From positions 1 through 60,165 of IMG/VR virus record IMGVR_UViG_3300018405_000021: a DNA stretch of 60,165 nucleotides; one strand, 5' to 3'. This document shows positions 25,371 through 34,639 of the stretch, piece by piece (position 1 is the stretch's first letter; every line of letters starts with the position of its first letter). The position numbers and the translations under genes were made by a program. Origin of the DNA: a virus. Its lineage: Duplodnaviria > Caudoviricetes. The notes below the pieces were generated by a model. That model was not told where the DNA came from, did no database searches, and worked only from the letters and a program-made list of their open reading frames with translations.

Positions 25371-25404
25371 AGGCCATCGTCCTTAACCGGGCGGTGGCCT
25401 TTGT
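25371..25404 (+). terminator. Terminator-like hairpin
   Basis: AGGCCATCGTCC-TTAACC-GGGCGGTGGCCT-TTGT; short U tract. Confidence 0.5.
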
Positions 25405-25436
25405 CGTTTCAACGCCACCCGAAGAGGAAGACGGCT

Positions 25437-25868
25437 ATGTCGAAAGACGAACAGCAAATCGAATCCGAAATCCAGCGCAAGGGCCTGAACGCGCCCCGGC
25501 TCACGCCCGAGCATATTGATGCCCAAATCGTGTCTGAGGACTACCATGTGTTCCCCGGCACGACGCTGACCGTCTGCGCACTCACCCTTCGTAACGGCTT
25601 TCAGGTCACGGGCGAGAGCGCCGCAGCTTCGGTAGAGAATTTCAACCAAGAAATCGGCCGCAAGATTGCCCGCGACAACGCCCGCAACAAAATCTGGATG
25701 CTCGAAGGCTATCTGCTTCGCGACTTCCTTCATCAGATGACGCCCGAGCGTATCCAGCGGCGTTCGCAGCTCTACCGCGATGCCTGCCACATGAACGGCG
25801 TTGACCAGTTGCCAGACGATACAGTCGTGCAGTTGGTTCTGGATGACGCCCGTCGCTACCCTGTCTAG
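25437..25868 (+). CDS. Phage Gp49/66-family protein
   Basis: APRLTPEHID...TVCALTLRNGFQVTGESA...NFNQEIGRKIA...IWMLEGYLL. Confidence 0.85.
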   Translation: MSKDEQQIESEIQRKGLNAPRLTPEHIDAQIVSEDYHVFPGTTLTVCALTLRNGFQVTGESAAASVENFNQEIGRKIARDNARNKIWMLEGYLLRDFLHQMTPERIQRRSQLYRDACHMNGVDQLPDDTVVQLVLDDARRYPV

Positions 25869-25883
25869 CCGAGCGGGGAAGGC

Positions 25884-26141
25884 ATGACCCACACCACCAT
25901 CGTCACGCCAGAGACGCAGCGCATCAACGCCGAGAACATCCGCAACGAGTGCAAGCGCCACTGCCGGATCGGCAAGGTGAGGCGTAAGCTGGCATCTGGG
26001 CATGGGCAGATCGAAGTTTATTGGCCGACGCCGCTTGACCTTCCCCGCGCCATAGCGCCGGATCGCCGCAAATGCTCGTGCCCGCCGGGAACGGTATGCG
26101 GCAGCGTGGCATGTCCGCATCTGCCTGTTGTGACGTGCTGA
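25884..26141 (+). CDS. Cys-rich hypothetical protein
   Basis: CSCPPGTVCGSVACP. Confidence 0.55.
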   Translation: MTHTTIVTPETQRINAENIRNECKRHCRIGKVRRKLASGHGQIEVYWPTPLDLPRAIAPDRRKCSCPPGTVCGSVACPHLPVVTC

Positions 26142-26142
26142 C

Positions 26143-26403
26143 ATGAAAAACTGGATCGAGTTCGGTCAGTCTGACGCCCTGCCTTGCCCAAAGTGCGGGA
26201 GCAAGGATCTGGACTTCTTCGCCAATGTCGTCGCCTGCATAGAGTGCGATCATTACGGCCCAGCGCAGACCGGACCGGAGTTCATGTGCTGCGAGCGCGA
26301 GGCAATCAACGATTGGAACATCGCGGCGGGCGGCACTGACCACCACGGGCGAAGCCGGGAACGGCTAGTCGAGCAGGGGCTTATCCCGGCGTCTGCCTCC
26401 TAA
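26143..26403 (+). CDS. Lar-like (restriction alleviation) Zn-ribbon protein
   Basis: LPCPKCGS...VACIECD...EAINDWN. Confidence 0.7.
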   Translation: MKNWIEFGQSDALPCPKCGSKDLDFFANVVACIECDHYGPAQTGPEFMCCEREAINDWNIAAGGTDHHGRSRERLVEQGLIPASAS

Positions 26404-26558
26404 CCCATTCACTGAGCGGCACATCTCAACTCTCGACAACCGGCACGAGGAACAAGGCGTCTCTTGTGGCTAAGAACCATTGCCGCTCTCACGGCTTTCG
26501 CAGGCCGCATGAAGGGCATGCAAGAGCACAAGCCGGTGAACACCGTAAGGGATGAGAC

Positions 26559-26657
26559 ATGGCGCGGCTTCTAATCGTTCTCGTGCTGGCTGGGGCATTG
26601 CCGTCATGTCAGTCCTATCAACCGCCCGGCGCCGACCTATGGCTGACGGTAAAGTGA
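26559..26657 (+). CDS. Small putative lipoprotein, 32 aa
   Basis: MARLLIVLVLAGALPSCQSYQPPGADLWLTVK; signal peptide with lipobox-like LPSC. Confidence 0.5.
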   Translation: MARLLIVLVLAGALPSCQSYQPPGADLWLTVK

Positions 26658-26675
26658 CCCAAAAGGAAAAACAGC

Positions 26676-26849
26676 ATGGCAATCCAGAAAGACGCGCTGA
26701 CGAAGGTTAAGGCTGCATTCGCGCAACTCAAGCTGACGCTCAATCAAGCCTCTGACACAGAGTTGGAAGGCGACCTTGCAGAAGCCGTGGAGATCGCCAA
26801 GCGCGCCGAAAAGAAGGCCGTGGACTATATCCGCAACGCTTCCAAGTGA
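26676..26849 (+). CDS. Hypothetical protein, 57 aa
   Basis: AAGGA RBS; MAIQKDALTKVKAAF...IRNASK. Confidence 0.65.
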   Translation: MAIQKDALTKVKAAFAQLKLTLNQASDTELEGDLAEAVEIAKRAEKKAVDYIRNASK

Positions 26850-26976
26850 CGGAAACGGAAAACAATTCCTTCGAACTCCCGTTTTCTGGAATAAACAGTT
26901 TGCCTGTGTGGCTCGAAATGCCCCATAGACCCCTTACGGGATACCAACTTTCAGGAATAATTTTGCGTGTGAGCCT

Positions 26977-27441
26977 ATGCCAGTCCTAAAAAACGCAAGA
27001 CATGAGGCTTTCGCGCAGGCCCTCGCTACAGGGATGACGCGAGATGCGGCCTATGCGGCAGCAGGTTATAAGCCCGATAGACAGAATGCTTTCAGGCTGA
27101 CGACAATTGACGCCGTAATGACGCGCGTGATCGAATTGAGCGATAGAGCGGCCCAAAAAGCCGAATGGACCGCCGCTGATAGGCTGTCTTCTCTTAAAAG
27201 GATTTCGGAAGCGGCTGAGAAAAATGACCCTCGCGTTTCGGTTTCAGCCATCGCAGAGGCTAACCGAATGCAGGGCACCCATGCCCCTACCAAGTCGGAA
27301 ATCACCGGCAAGGGTGGCGGGCCTATCGCAACGATTGACGTTACCCGTCTCAAGGGGATGACCAACGAGGAGCTAGAAGTCCTTGAACGTGCCCTTGTCC
27401 AGATTGGAATTGCTGAACGCGATACGGGCGGAGAAGAATAG
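26977..27441 (+). CDS. terS: Terminase small subunit
   Basis: LKNARHEAFAQALATG...AYAAAGY; EITGKGGGPI; directly upstream of terL. Confidence 0.85.
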   Translation: MPVLKNARHEAFAQALATGMTRDAAYAAAGYKPDRQNAFRLTTIDAVMTRVIELSDRAAQKAEWTAADRLSSLKRISEAAEKNDPRVSVSAIAEANRMQGTHAPTKSEITGKGGGPIATIDVTRLKGMTNEELEVLERALVQIGIAERDTGGEE

Positions 27442-29890
27442 CCGTAAGACGCAAGAGGATTTGGTCGAGGAGCGGAAAGAGCTTCTCTCATCTCACCTAG
27501 CGTTCACACGGCGGTTCTTTGTCGAGAAGGAAGGCCAACCGTTTTCCGTCGCTGCCTTCCATGAGGTGATGTGTTGGGTTCTCGACCGCGTTTACGCCGG
27601 AGAGATAAAGCGGCTCATCATCAACATTCCGCCAGGGTTTGGGAAGGCGATTGATTGCGATACGCCTATGTTGACGCCTTCGGGGTGGGTAAGAGCCGGA
27701 GATATCCGCAACGGCGATATGCTGCTGGGGTCTGCCGGACAATGGACAGAGGTGACCGGCGTATTCCCGCAAGGGGTTATTCCTGCGTTCACGGTCACTT
27801 TTTCCGATAGATCATCTATTGTGGCGTGTTCTGAGCATCGTTGGGCCGCCCGTCTTCGCGATGGCAGCAATAATTGGCATGCGCCGTGGCAGGTAAAGAC
27901 GACTGATGAACTAGCCCGCGATCTTAGAGAGGCTGATGGGCGTAAGAAGTGGCGCATTCCTGTCTTATCTGACACTCGGTCGGAAGATATTGACCTGCCG
28001 ATTGATCCGTACCTATTCGGGTGCTGGCTTGGCGATGGCCATAGTTATCAGGCCGCGATTACGACGATGGACGCCGATATCATCACGGCATTCTCTGAAT
28101 TTTCCCCTGTTGCCCAAAAACACCAAAACGCGGGACGTGCGACAACATACTCTCTTCGCAACCGTTTCGTGACTAGGCTTCGTGCGCTTGGTGTTTTGGG
28201 CAACAAACACATTCCCAATGTTTATATGCTTGCCAGCCATCGCCAGAGGGTTGCCCTTCTGCAAGGCATATGTGACACGGACGGAACTGTGAATAGGAAA
28301 TCTGGGGGGCAGAGTGTCACGTTATCGTGCAAGGCTCTCTCAGATGACGTTAGATCACTCATCAACAGTATTGGTGGCGTATGGCGGGGTTATGAGCGCA
28401 AGGCTGGCAAGAAGATAGCGTATACGACGATGCTATCCCTTCCCGATGGCGTGTCTGCGTTTAGGCTTCCGCGTAAGAGTATGCGGGTCAATCCTCGGAA
28501 GGCATGCAACATGCCGCGTCGGTTCGTGGACACGGTAGCCAAGACCAGCGACCGTGAAATGGTGTGTTTCACGGTTGATGCAGATGACCATCTCTTCTGC
28601 GCCGGTCGCGACCTTGTCGTAACGCACAATACTGAGCTTGCGGTGATCAACTTCATCGCCCACGGGTTCGCTATCAATCCACGCGCTCGGTTTATCCACG
28701 CGAGTTATGCCGAACCGCTGGCGCTGGATAACTCGACCAAAGTGAAGGATATCATCACCCTTCCTGGATATCAGGCGCTTTGGCCGGTCACTATGCGTAG
28801 CGACACTAATGCTAAGGGCTTATGGCGCACTACGGCAGGCGGTCATCTTCGTGCGTCGGCTGCTGGTATGCCTATCACCGGGTTTCGTGCCGGTATCCTT
28901 GAGGAGAGCGGCTTTACTGGGGCGCTTGTGATCGATGACCCATTGAAGCCTGACGATGCTTCGTCGGAAAAGCTCCGCAAGTTCATCAATGCCCGATGGG
29001 AAAACACATTCCGTTCGCGTCTCGCGCATGAAGACGTTCCGGTTATCGTGATCATGCAGCGCCTGCATGTCGATGACTTCGCGGCGCATCTCATGCAGAA
29101 CTCCGGCGAGCAATGGCACCTGCTGAGCCTTCCTGTCCTGATACAGGGAGAGGTGGAAGCGCCGGGTGGCAATGTGACCGTCATCCCCCATGGCCTTCCA
29201 GATGGACCGCTGTGGGAAGCGAAGCACAACGAGGAGCAGATCAAGGTTTTGCAGTTATCCCCCACGGTTTATGCGGGGCAGTACGCGCAGAACCCGATTG
29301 TTGCCGGTGGTAATCTGTTCAAGACCGATTGGCTTGTTGATTACGACGATCTTCCGCCTCTCAAATGGCGGGCGGTTTACGCGGATACAGCGCAGAAGAC
29401 GAAAGAGCGGAACGACTACACCGTCTTCGAGCACTGGGGCGCAGGCCATGACGGCAGGGCATACCTGATTGATCTTGTTCGGGGGCGGTTTGAAGCGCCG
29501 GAACTTGAAAGCACGGCGCTGGCGCTATGGGCCAAGGCCAAGCTTATGGACCCGCAGCGCTACGGAATGCTCCGCAAGATGAGCATTGAAGACAAGGTTT
29601 CCGGCACGGGGCTAATCCAGTCCCTCCGGCGCAAGGCTATCCCTGTCGTCGCGGTACAGCGCGACAAGGACAAGTACACCCGTGCGCTTGACGTTGTGCC
29701 GCTTGTCGCGTCCGGGCTCGTCTGTGTGCCAAAGATCGCCCCTTGGAGGCAGGCATTCTCGTCTGAATATGCGGCGTTCCCAGATGGTTCATTTGACGAC
29801 CAGATGGACCCGTTCATGGATGCCGTGACGGAAATGTGTGGCGGGAAGTTCTCGCTTTCGATTAGCAGAGAAGCACTCAAGAAAGCATGA
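27383..29890 (+). CDS. terL: Terminase large subunit, intein-containing
   Basis: RLIINIPPGFGK|T Walker A, IDDP Walker B, IMQRLHVDD, GQYAQNP, DTA...DY, DDQMD nuclease motifs. Confidence 0.95.
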   Translation: MNVPLSRLELLNAIRAEKNSRKTQEDLVEERKELLSSHLAFTRRFFVEKEGQPFSVAAFHEVMCWVLDRVYAGEIKRLIINIPPGFGKAIDCDTPMLTPSGWVRAGDIRNGDMLLGSAGQWTEVTGVFPQGVIPAFTVTFSDRSSIVACSEHRWAARLRDGSNNWHAPWQVKTTDELARDLREADGRKKWRIPVLSDTRSEDIDLPIDPYLFGCWLGDGHSYQAAITTMDADIITAFSEFSPVAQKHQNAGRATTYSLRNRFVTRLRALGVLGNKHIPNVYMLASHRQRVALLQGICDTDGTVNRKSGGQSVTLSCKALSDDVRSLINSIGGVWRGYERKAGKKIAYTTMLSLPDGVSAFRLPRKSMRVNPRKACNMPRRFVDTVAKTSDREMVCFTVDADDHLFCAGRDLVVTHNTELAVINFIAHGFAINPRARFIHASYAEPLALDNSTKVKDIITLPGYQALWPVTMRSDTNAKGLWRTTAGGHLRASAAGMPITGFRAGILEESGFTGALVIDDPLKPDDASSEKLRKFINARWENTFRSRLAHEDVPVIVIMQRLHVDDFAAHLMQNSGEQWHLLSLPVLIQGEVEAPGGNVTVIPHGLPDGPLWEAKHNEEQIKVLQLSPTVYAGQYAQNPIVAGGNLFKTDWLVDYDDLPPLKWRAVYADTAQKTKERNDYTVFEHWGAGHDGRAYLIDLVRGRFEAPELESTALALWAKAKLMDPQRYGMLRKMSIEDKVSGTGLIQSLRRKAIPVVAVQRDKDKYTRALDVVPLVASGLVCVPKIAPWRQAFSSEYAAFPDGSFDDQMDPFMDAVTEMCGGKFSLSISREALKKA
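27647..28630 (+). mobile_element. Intein (328 aa) with LAGLIDADG homing endonuclease; Ala1, class 3 WCT signature
   Basis: Begins AIDCDTPML after GFGK and ends VVTHN before T; EHRW (block B), VCFTV (block F); GCWLGDG and QGICDTDG. Confidence 0.93.
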
Positions 29891-29900
29891 GGTTAACGGC

Positions 29901-31451
29901 ATGGGCCTGAAATCATGGTTGCGCCGTTATCTGGGCGTTGTCGATCCTGTCGCTGCCGTGCATGTTGAAGCGCCGCAGCGACCGGGCATGTCTGTCGGCC
30001 TTGAGGCTCTTGCCCGTGCTAGGGCGAAGGGTGGGGCAGGCATCAGCCCGTTCAAGGTCGATCTGTCCACCATACACCCGCCGCAGGCCACGCCTAGCGC
30101 GGGAATGGCCATGGATAGCTACGAGATGCCCGCCTATGAATGGGCCGCGTCTGTGAGCGTGGAAAGTGCCATTGCAGAGGGGCAGGCGTTCCTAGGTTAT
30201 CCGCTCCTGTCAGAGTTGGCGCAGCGCCCGGAATACCGCCGCATATCGGAAACGATTGCCGGCGAGATGACTTCGAAATGGATCAAGTTCGTTGCGAAGG
30301 GCGAGGAGGACAAATCCGAGCGCATCGCGAAGATCGAAGAGGAGTTCGAACGGCTCTCTGTCCGTGACGTGTTCCGCGAAGTGGCCGAGCAAGATGGGTT
30401 CTTCGGTCGCGGTCATATCTTCATCGATCTGGGTGAGGAAATCGACGGCGAGTTGAAGACGCCTATCGCTGGCCGGTCTGGCAAGCCTATGCGGGCAAAG
30501 ATTGCGAAGGGGTCATTGAAGGCACTCAAGACGGTTGAGGCCGTGTGGTGCTACCCGATGGCTTACAATGCTATCAACCCGCTTTCTGACGACTGGTACA
30601 AGCCGTCAGAGTGGTACGTGATGGGGACCGGCGTTCACGCCTCCCGTCTGATTACTATCGTGGGCCGTGAAGTCCCTGACATGCTCAAGCCGTCCTATTC
30701 GTTCGGTGGCCTGTCCCTATCCCAGATGGCCCGACCATACGTGGACAACTGGCTGGAAACCCGTCAGGCCGTGAATGACATCATCCGCGCGTTTTCGGTC
30801 ATGGTGCTGAAAACGAACATGGCGGAAAAGCTGGCGACAAACCCGACCGGCGAAGAACTGTTTATCCGTGCCGAGTTCTTCAACAAGTTGCGAGACAATC
30901 GCGGCCTGATGATGATCGACAAGGAGCAGGAAGAGTTCGATAATGTGTCCGCGCCGCTGTCCAGCCTGGATGCGTTGCAGGCGCAGTCGCAGGAGCATTT
31001 GGCGTCCGTCAGCGGCATTCCGCTGGTCAAGCTTCTGGGTATCCAACCGGCAGGGCTTAACGCATCGTCGGAAGGGGAGTTGCAGTCCTTCTACGACTGG
31101 ATCAAGTCGCAACAGGAAAAGATATTCCGCAAGCCGCTGGAATACGTCCTGACGATTGTGCAGCTTTCGCTATTCGGTGACGCCGACGACCAGATCACTT
31201 TCGAATTCGAGAGCCTGTGGGATATGTCGGACAAGGAAAAAGCCGAGATCGAGAATATCGAAGCGCAGACGGACGTGTTGCTTGTCGGTGAGGGCATTAT
31301 CTCCACTGAGGAGAGCCGCCGCCGCATCGCGAACGACAAGCATTCATCGCATCAGGGCCTAGATCCGGATGATGCACCGGAACCGCCTATGCCGGAAGGG
31401 ATGGGTGAGAACGATGGGCCACCAGCGCCGCCAGAGGAGTTACCGGAGTGA
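29901..31451 (+). CDS. Portal protein (DUF1073-like)
   Basis: FLGYPLLSELAQRPEYR, YSFGGLSLSQ, SGIPLVKLLGIQPAGLNASSEGE; follows terL. Confidence 0.9.
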   Translation: MGLKSWLRRYLGVVDPVAAVHVEAPQRPGMSVGLEALARARAKGGAGISPFKVDLSTIHPPQATPSAGMAMDSYEMPAYEWAASVSVESAIAEGQAFLGYPLLSELAQRPEYRRISETIAGEMTSKWIKFVAKGEEDKSERIAKIEEEFERLSVRDVFREVAEQDGFFGRGHIFIDLGEEIDGELKTPIAGRSGKPMRAKIAKGSLKALKTVEAVWCYPMAYNAINPLSDDWYKPSEWYVMGTGVHASRLITIVGREVPDMLKPSYSFGGLSLSQMARPYVDNWLETRQAVNDIIRAFSVMVLKTNMAEKLATNPTGEELFIRAEFFNKLRDNRGLMMIDKEQEEFDNVSAPLSSLDALQAQSQEHLASVSGIPLVKLLGIQPAGLNASSEGELQSFYDWIKSQQEKIFRKPLEYVLTIVQLSLFGDADDQITFEFESLWDMSDKEKAEIENIEAQTDVLLVGEGIISTEESRRRIANDKHSSHQGLDPDDAPEPPMPEGMGENDGPPAPPEELPE

Positions 31452-32257
31452 CATTCGTCTGTGTGTCGTGCACGCCGCATATGGCCTTCGACCGAAAGCG
31501 CGAGAAGGGCAACGCGGCACATTCCATGCTGATTAGGGCGCGCAAGGTAGAGCGCTCATATGATCGCCAGCTACGGAAGATCGCGCGATACATCGGCGAC
31601 GTTGTTTCCGGCCTGTATGATCCGACGAAGCCGTTTGACACGGCCCGCATCATCGACGTTCTGACGGCCTACGCCGGGACGCTTCATGACTGGGCCGTGT
31701 CGGTTGCAAGCCGGATGCTGGCCGAAGTCGATTTCCGAACGTCCGATAAGAAAGCGTGGATGGATATGTCCCGCCGCATCGGTCAGGGCATACGGGATGA
31801 GATCGATAACACGCCGGTCGGCGCGATCATGCGCGAACGTCTCGATGAACAAACGAAGCTTATCAAGTCTCTGCCAACGGAAGCCGCCGAGCGCGTGAGG
31901 CAAATCACGTTGCAAGGCATATCCGGCAGTAAGCGCGCCGATGTGGTGGCGAAAGAGATCATGGCTTCCGGTCAAGTATCGAAGTCACGGGCCATGCTGA
32001 TAGCGCGCACGGAAGTGTCTCGCACCGCTACGGAACTCACACGGGCCAGAGCGGAGGCCATTGGCTCCACAGAATTCATATGGCGAACGGTAGGCGATAG
32101 CGATGTGCGCCATGACCATCGTGTGTTGAACGGCAAAACGTTCCGATGGGACAGCCCGCCCGTTGCCGATCAACGGGCGGGGATAAGGGCGCTTCCCGGC
32201 GCTATCTGGAATTGCAGATGCATCCCGGAGGTTATCGTCCCCGATTTCGACCGTTAA
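31448..32257 (+). CDS. MuF/SPP1 gp7-like minor head protein
   Basis: RAMLIARTE...FIWRTVGDSDVRHDH...PGAIWNCRC. Confidence 0.9.
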   Translation: MTFVCVSCTPHMAFDRKREKGNAAHSMLIRARKVERSYDRQLRKIARYIGDVVSGLYDPTKPFDTARIIDVLTAYAGTLHDWAVSVASRMLAEVDFRTSDKKAWMDMSRRIGQGIRDEIDNTPVGAIMRERLDEQTKLIKSLPTEAAERVRQITLQGISGSKRADVVAKEIMASGQVSKSRAMLIARTEVSRTATELTRARAEAIGSTEFIWRTVGDSDVRHDHRVLNGKTFRWDSPPVADQRAGIRALPGAIWNCRCIPEVIVPDFDR

Positions 32258-32272
32258 GCGATAGGAAGAGAA

Positions 32273-34627
32273 ATGCCCGCAGTTTCAGAAAAGCAAGAGC
32301 GGTTCATGAATGCCGTGGCGCATAACCCGGAATTCGCCGCCAAGGTCGATGTGCCGCAAAGCGTCGGGAAAGAGTTCGTCGCCAAGGACGAAGTGAAATC
32401 AGCCGCTGGCGTCCTGTTCGTCGCACCTGACGGCGACGTGCTTTTACTCCTCCGCTCCCCGAATGAAGAGAACTTCGCATCGCATTGGGCGCTACCCGGT
32501 GGTGGAGCGGACGCCGGAGAAACGCCAGAGCAGGCCGCTAGGCGCGAAGTCAGTGAAGAGATAGGCAATGTGCCATGCGATGGCATGACGCCACTGTGTG
32601 AGCGCGTAACGCCGAAAGGAATGGTGTTTACAACGTTCATCTGCCCGGTAGCGGAGAAGTTCGTCCCGACGCTAAATGAAGAGCATTCCGGTTACGCATG
32701 GGTTCCGGTTGATAAGCCCCTCGCCCCGATCCACCCCGCCGTTGCAGATGTCCTGTCTGGGCCGTTCATGGGATGGCTGAGCCGGAAGGGTGGTATCGCC
32801 ACGGATGTGGATTTCGAAGAAAGCAAACACAAAAGGGACGATGGCGGCAAGTTCGCGTCATCCAGTGGGGGTGAGGCTTCAAAGCCGAAAACTGCGAATG
32901 CCGTCCATGAAGGCGCTGACGAAATCGTCAAGAAGCTAAGGGCGGCTGGCATCAGCGCATCCGAGCCGGATCATTCGATAAACCGCCATGGCGAAGCGTC
33001 GTCTTATTTCCGCGTCCCCGGCATTGGTGAGGTCAGATACTCCGACCACTCCAAAAATGAAAACTACGATATGTCTAACCTGTCTCTCGGCAAGACTGAC
33101 GATATCGATGATCTCGTGAGATATATCCAGAAGGTCAAGGAAAAAGCCGCCGCCGCATCTGAGGCCCGCAAAGCGGAGAAGGCAGCGGCAGCGGTTGAGG
33201 TCGAAAAAAAAGAGGCCGATAAACGCGCCATCCGTGAGCAGGACGCCAAGAATGCCGAGATCAAGCGCCAATTCATGATCGATAACGGCCTTCAAGACGC
33301 AAGCGATACCCAGAAGAAAAAAGCATGGGAGGCGCATAAAAAAGCCATGCGCGAAAAAGGCATCGCAAAAGACGATAGTTCACATGAGGTCATAGCCTTC
33401 GATAAAGCGTCCGTCCGGTCCTACGATCAAGACGGGCGAATGAAGGTCGAGCGGTCCACGATCAGCAAGGCGATTGTCTCGCCGTACATCGGTAGGGAAA
33501 TCGTCGGATGGAAGGCGTTGGGCCTAGACCCGAACAAGACATATCGCCTGTTGCGCGACCCGGAAGAACTCAAGGCCGCATCCGACACGTTCAATAATCT
33601 CCCCGTCCTGTCCGAACACGTCGCTGTTTCGGCAAGCGCGCCGCGCAAGGATTTGGTTATCGGGTCGACCGGAACGGACGCCGCGTTTGACGGCAGTCAC
33701 CTGACAAACAGTCTCGTGTTCTGGGATGGTTCCGCCATCCAAGACATCGAAGACGAAAAGGCGAAGGAACTGTCCTGCGCCTATCACTACCGCCCCGACA
33801 TGACGCCAGGAACCTACGAGGGCGAGGCTTATGACGGGGTGATGAGAGAGATCAAAGGCAACCACGTTGCCCTTGTCCCGCGCGGAAGGGTTGGCCCGGA
33901 TGCGTATGTAGCAGACAGCGCCCCTGTGGAGCTGGTCGGGGATGCCGCACCCCTCAATAGCGGCGCTCGAAACAGCCAGCAGGAGAAGAGAACTATGGCT
34001 CACAAAATCCCGAAGCGGGATAAGGTCACGGTTGTGAAGGCGCTGAATGCCATCAAGCCCGATCTCGCGCAGGACGCCGACATCAGCGACATCATCGCTC
34101 TTGTCGAAAAGCTTGAGAATGAAGGCCCGGAAGAAACCGTGGCCGTCACGGAAGACGCTGCCGACATCCACGAATTCCTCAAGGCCAAGCTTTCGGATGA
34201 AGACTACGCCGCCGCGTGTGAGCTTCTGAAGCCTGCCGCTGACGAGGAAGAAGAAGCCCCGGCCATCAAGCCGGATGAGGAAGTTGTCTCCAAGCCCGCC
34301 ATGGATGCCGCAATCGCCGCAGCTACGGCCAAGGCGACGAACGACGCTCTGTCCGCTGCAAAGGCCATCCGTGAAGCCGAGCGCGCTGTACGCCCGTATG
34401 TGGGCGAAATGAGCATGGCCCACGACAGCGCCGACGCTGTTTACCGTTCGGCCTTCGACATTCTCGGCGTGAAGCACAAGGATGTTCACCCGTCTGCATT
34501 CCCGGCGATCCTCGCCGCGCAGACCACGGCATCCCACAAGAAACCGGCACCGATGGCCATGGATGCGAAGGCGAAGGAAAACTTCTCCTCGCGCTTCCCG
34601 GACGCCAGCCGCATCGCAATCAAGTAA
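32273..34627 (+). CDS. Head polyprotein: Nudix + unknown domain + DUF2213-like prohead protease + scaffold
   Basis: Nudix box PGGGADAGETPEQAARREVSEEIG; KELSCAY...NHVALVPRGRVG; helical acidic C-terminus. Confidence 0.88.
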   Translation: MPAVSEKQERFMNAVAHNPEFAAKVDVPQSVGKEFVAKDEVKSAAGVLFVAPDGDVLLLLRSPNEENFASHWALPGGGADAGETPEQAARREVSEEIGNVPCDGMTPLCERVTPKGMVFTTFICPVAEKFVPTLNEEHSGYAWVPVDKPLAPIHPAVADVLSGPFMGWLSRKGGIATDVDFEESKHKRDDGGKFASSSGGEASKPKTANAVHEGADEIVKKLRAAGISASEPDHSINRHGEASSYFRVPGIGEVRYSDHSKNENYDMSNLSLGKTDDIDDLVRYIQKVKEKAAAASEARKAEKAAAAVEVEKKEADKRAIREQDAKNAEIKRQFMIDNGLQDASDTQKKKAWEAHKKAMREKGIAKDDSSHEVIAFDKASVRSYDQDGRMKVERSTISKAIVSPYIGREIVGWKALGLDPNKTYRLLRDPEELKAASDTFNNLPVLSEHVAVSASAPRKDLVIGSTGTDAAFDGSHLTNSLVFWDGSAIQDIEDEKAKELSCAYHYRPDMTPGTYEGEAYDGVMREIKGNHVALVPRGRVGPDAYVADSAPVELVGDAAPLNSGARNSQQEKRTMAHKIPKRDKVTVVKALNAIKPDLAQDADISDIIALVEKLENEGPEETVAVTEDAADIHEFLKAKLSDEDYAAACELLKPAADEEEEAPAIKPDEEVVSKPAMDAAIAAATAKATNDALSAAKAIREAERAVRPYVGEMSMAHDSADAVYRSAFDILGVKHKDVHPSAFPAILAAQTTASHKKPAPMAMDAKAKENFSSRFPDASRIAIK
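33995..34627 (+). CDS. Probable nested in-frame scaffolding protein
   Basis: AGGAG at 33981 followed by an in-frame ATG (MAHKIPK) just after the protease domain. Confidence 0.55.
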   Translation: MAHKIPKRDKVTVVKALNAIKPDLAQDADISDIIALVEKLENEGPEETVAVTEDAADIHEFLKAKLSDEDYAAACELLKPAADEEEEAPAIKPDEEVVSKPAMDAAIAAATAKATNDALSAAKAIREAERAVRPYVGEMSMAHDSADAVYRSAFDILGVKHKDVHPSAFPAILAAQTTASHKKPAPMAMDAKAKENFSSRFPDASRIAIK

Positions 34628-34639
34628 GGAGGGCGGGTA

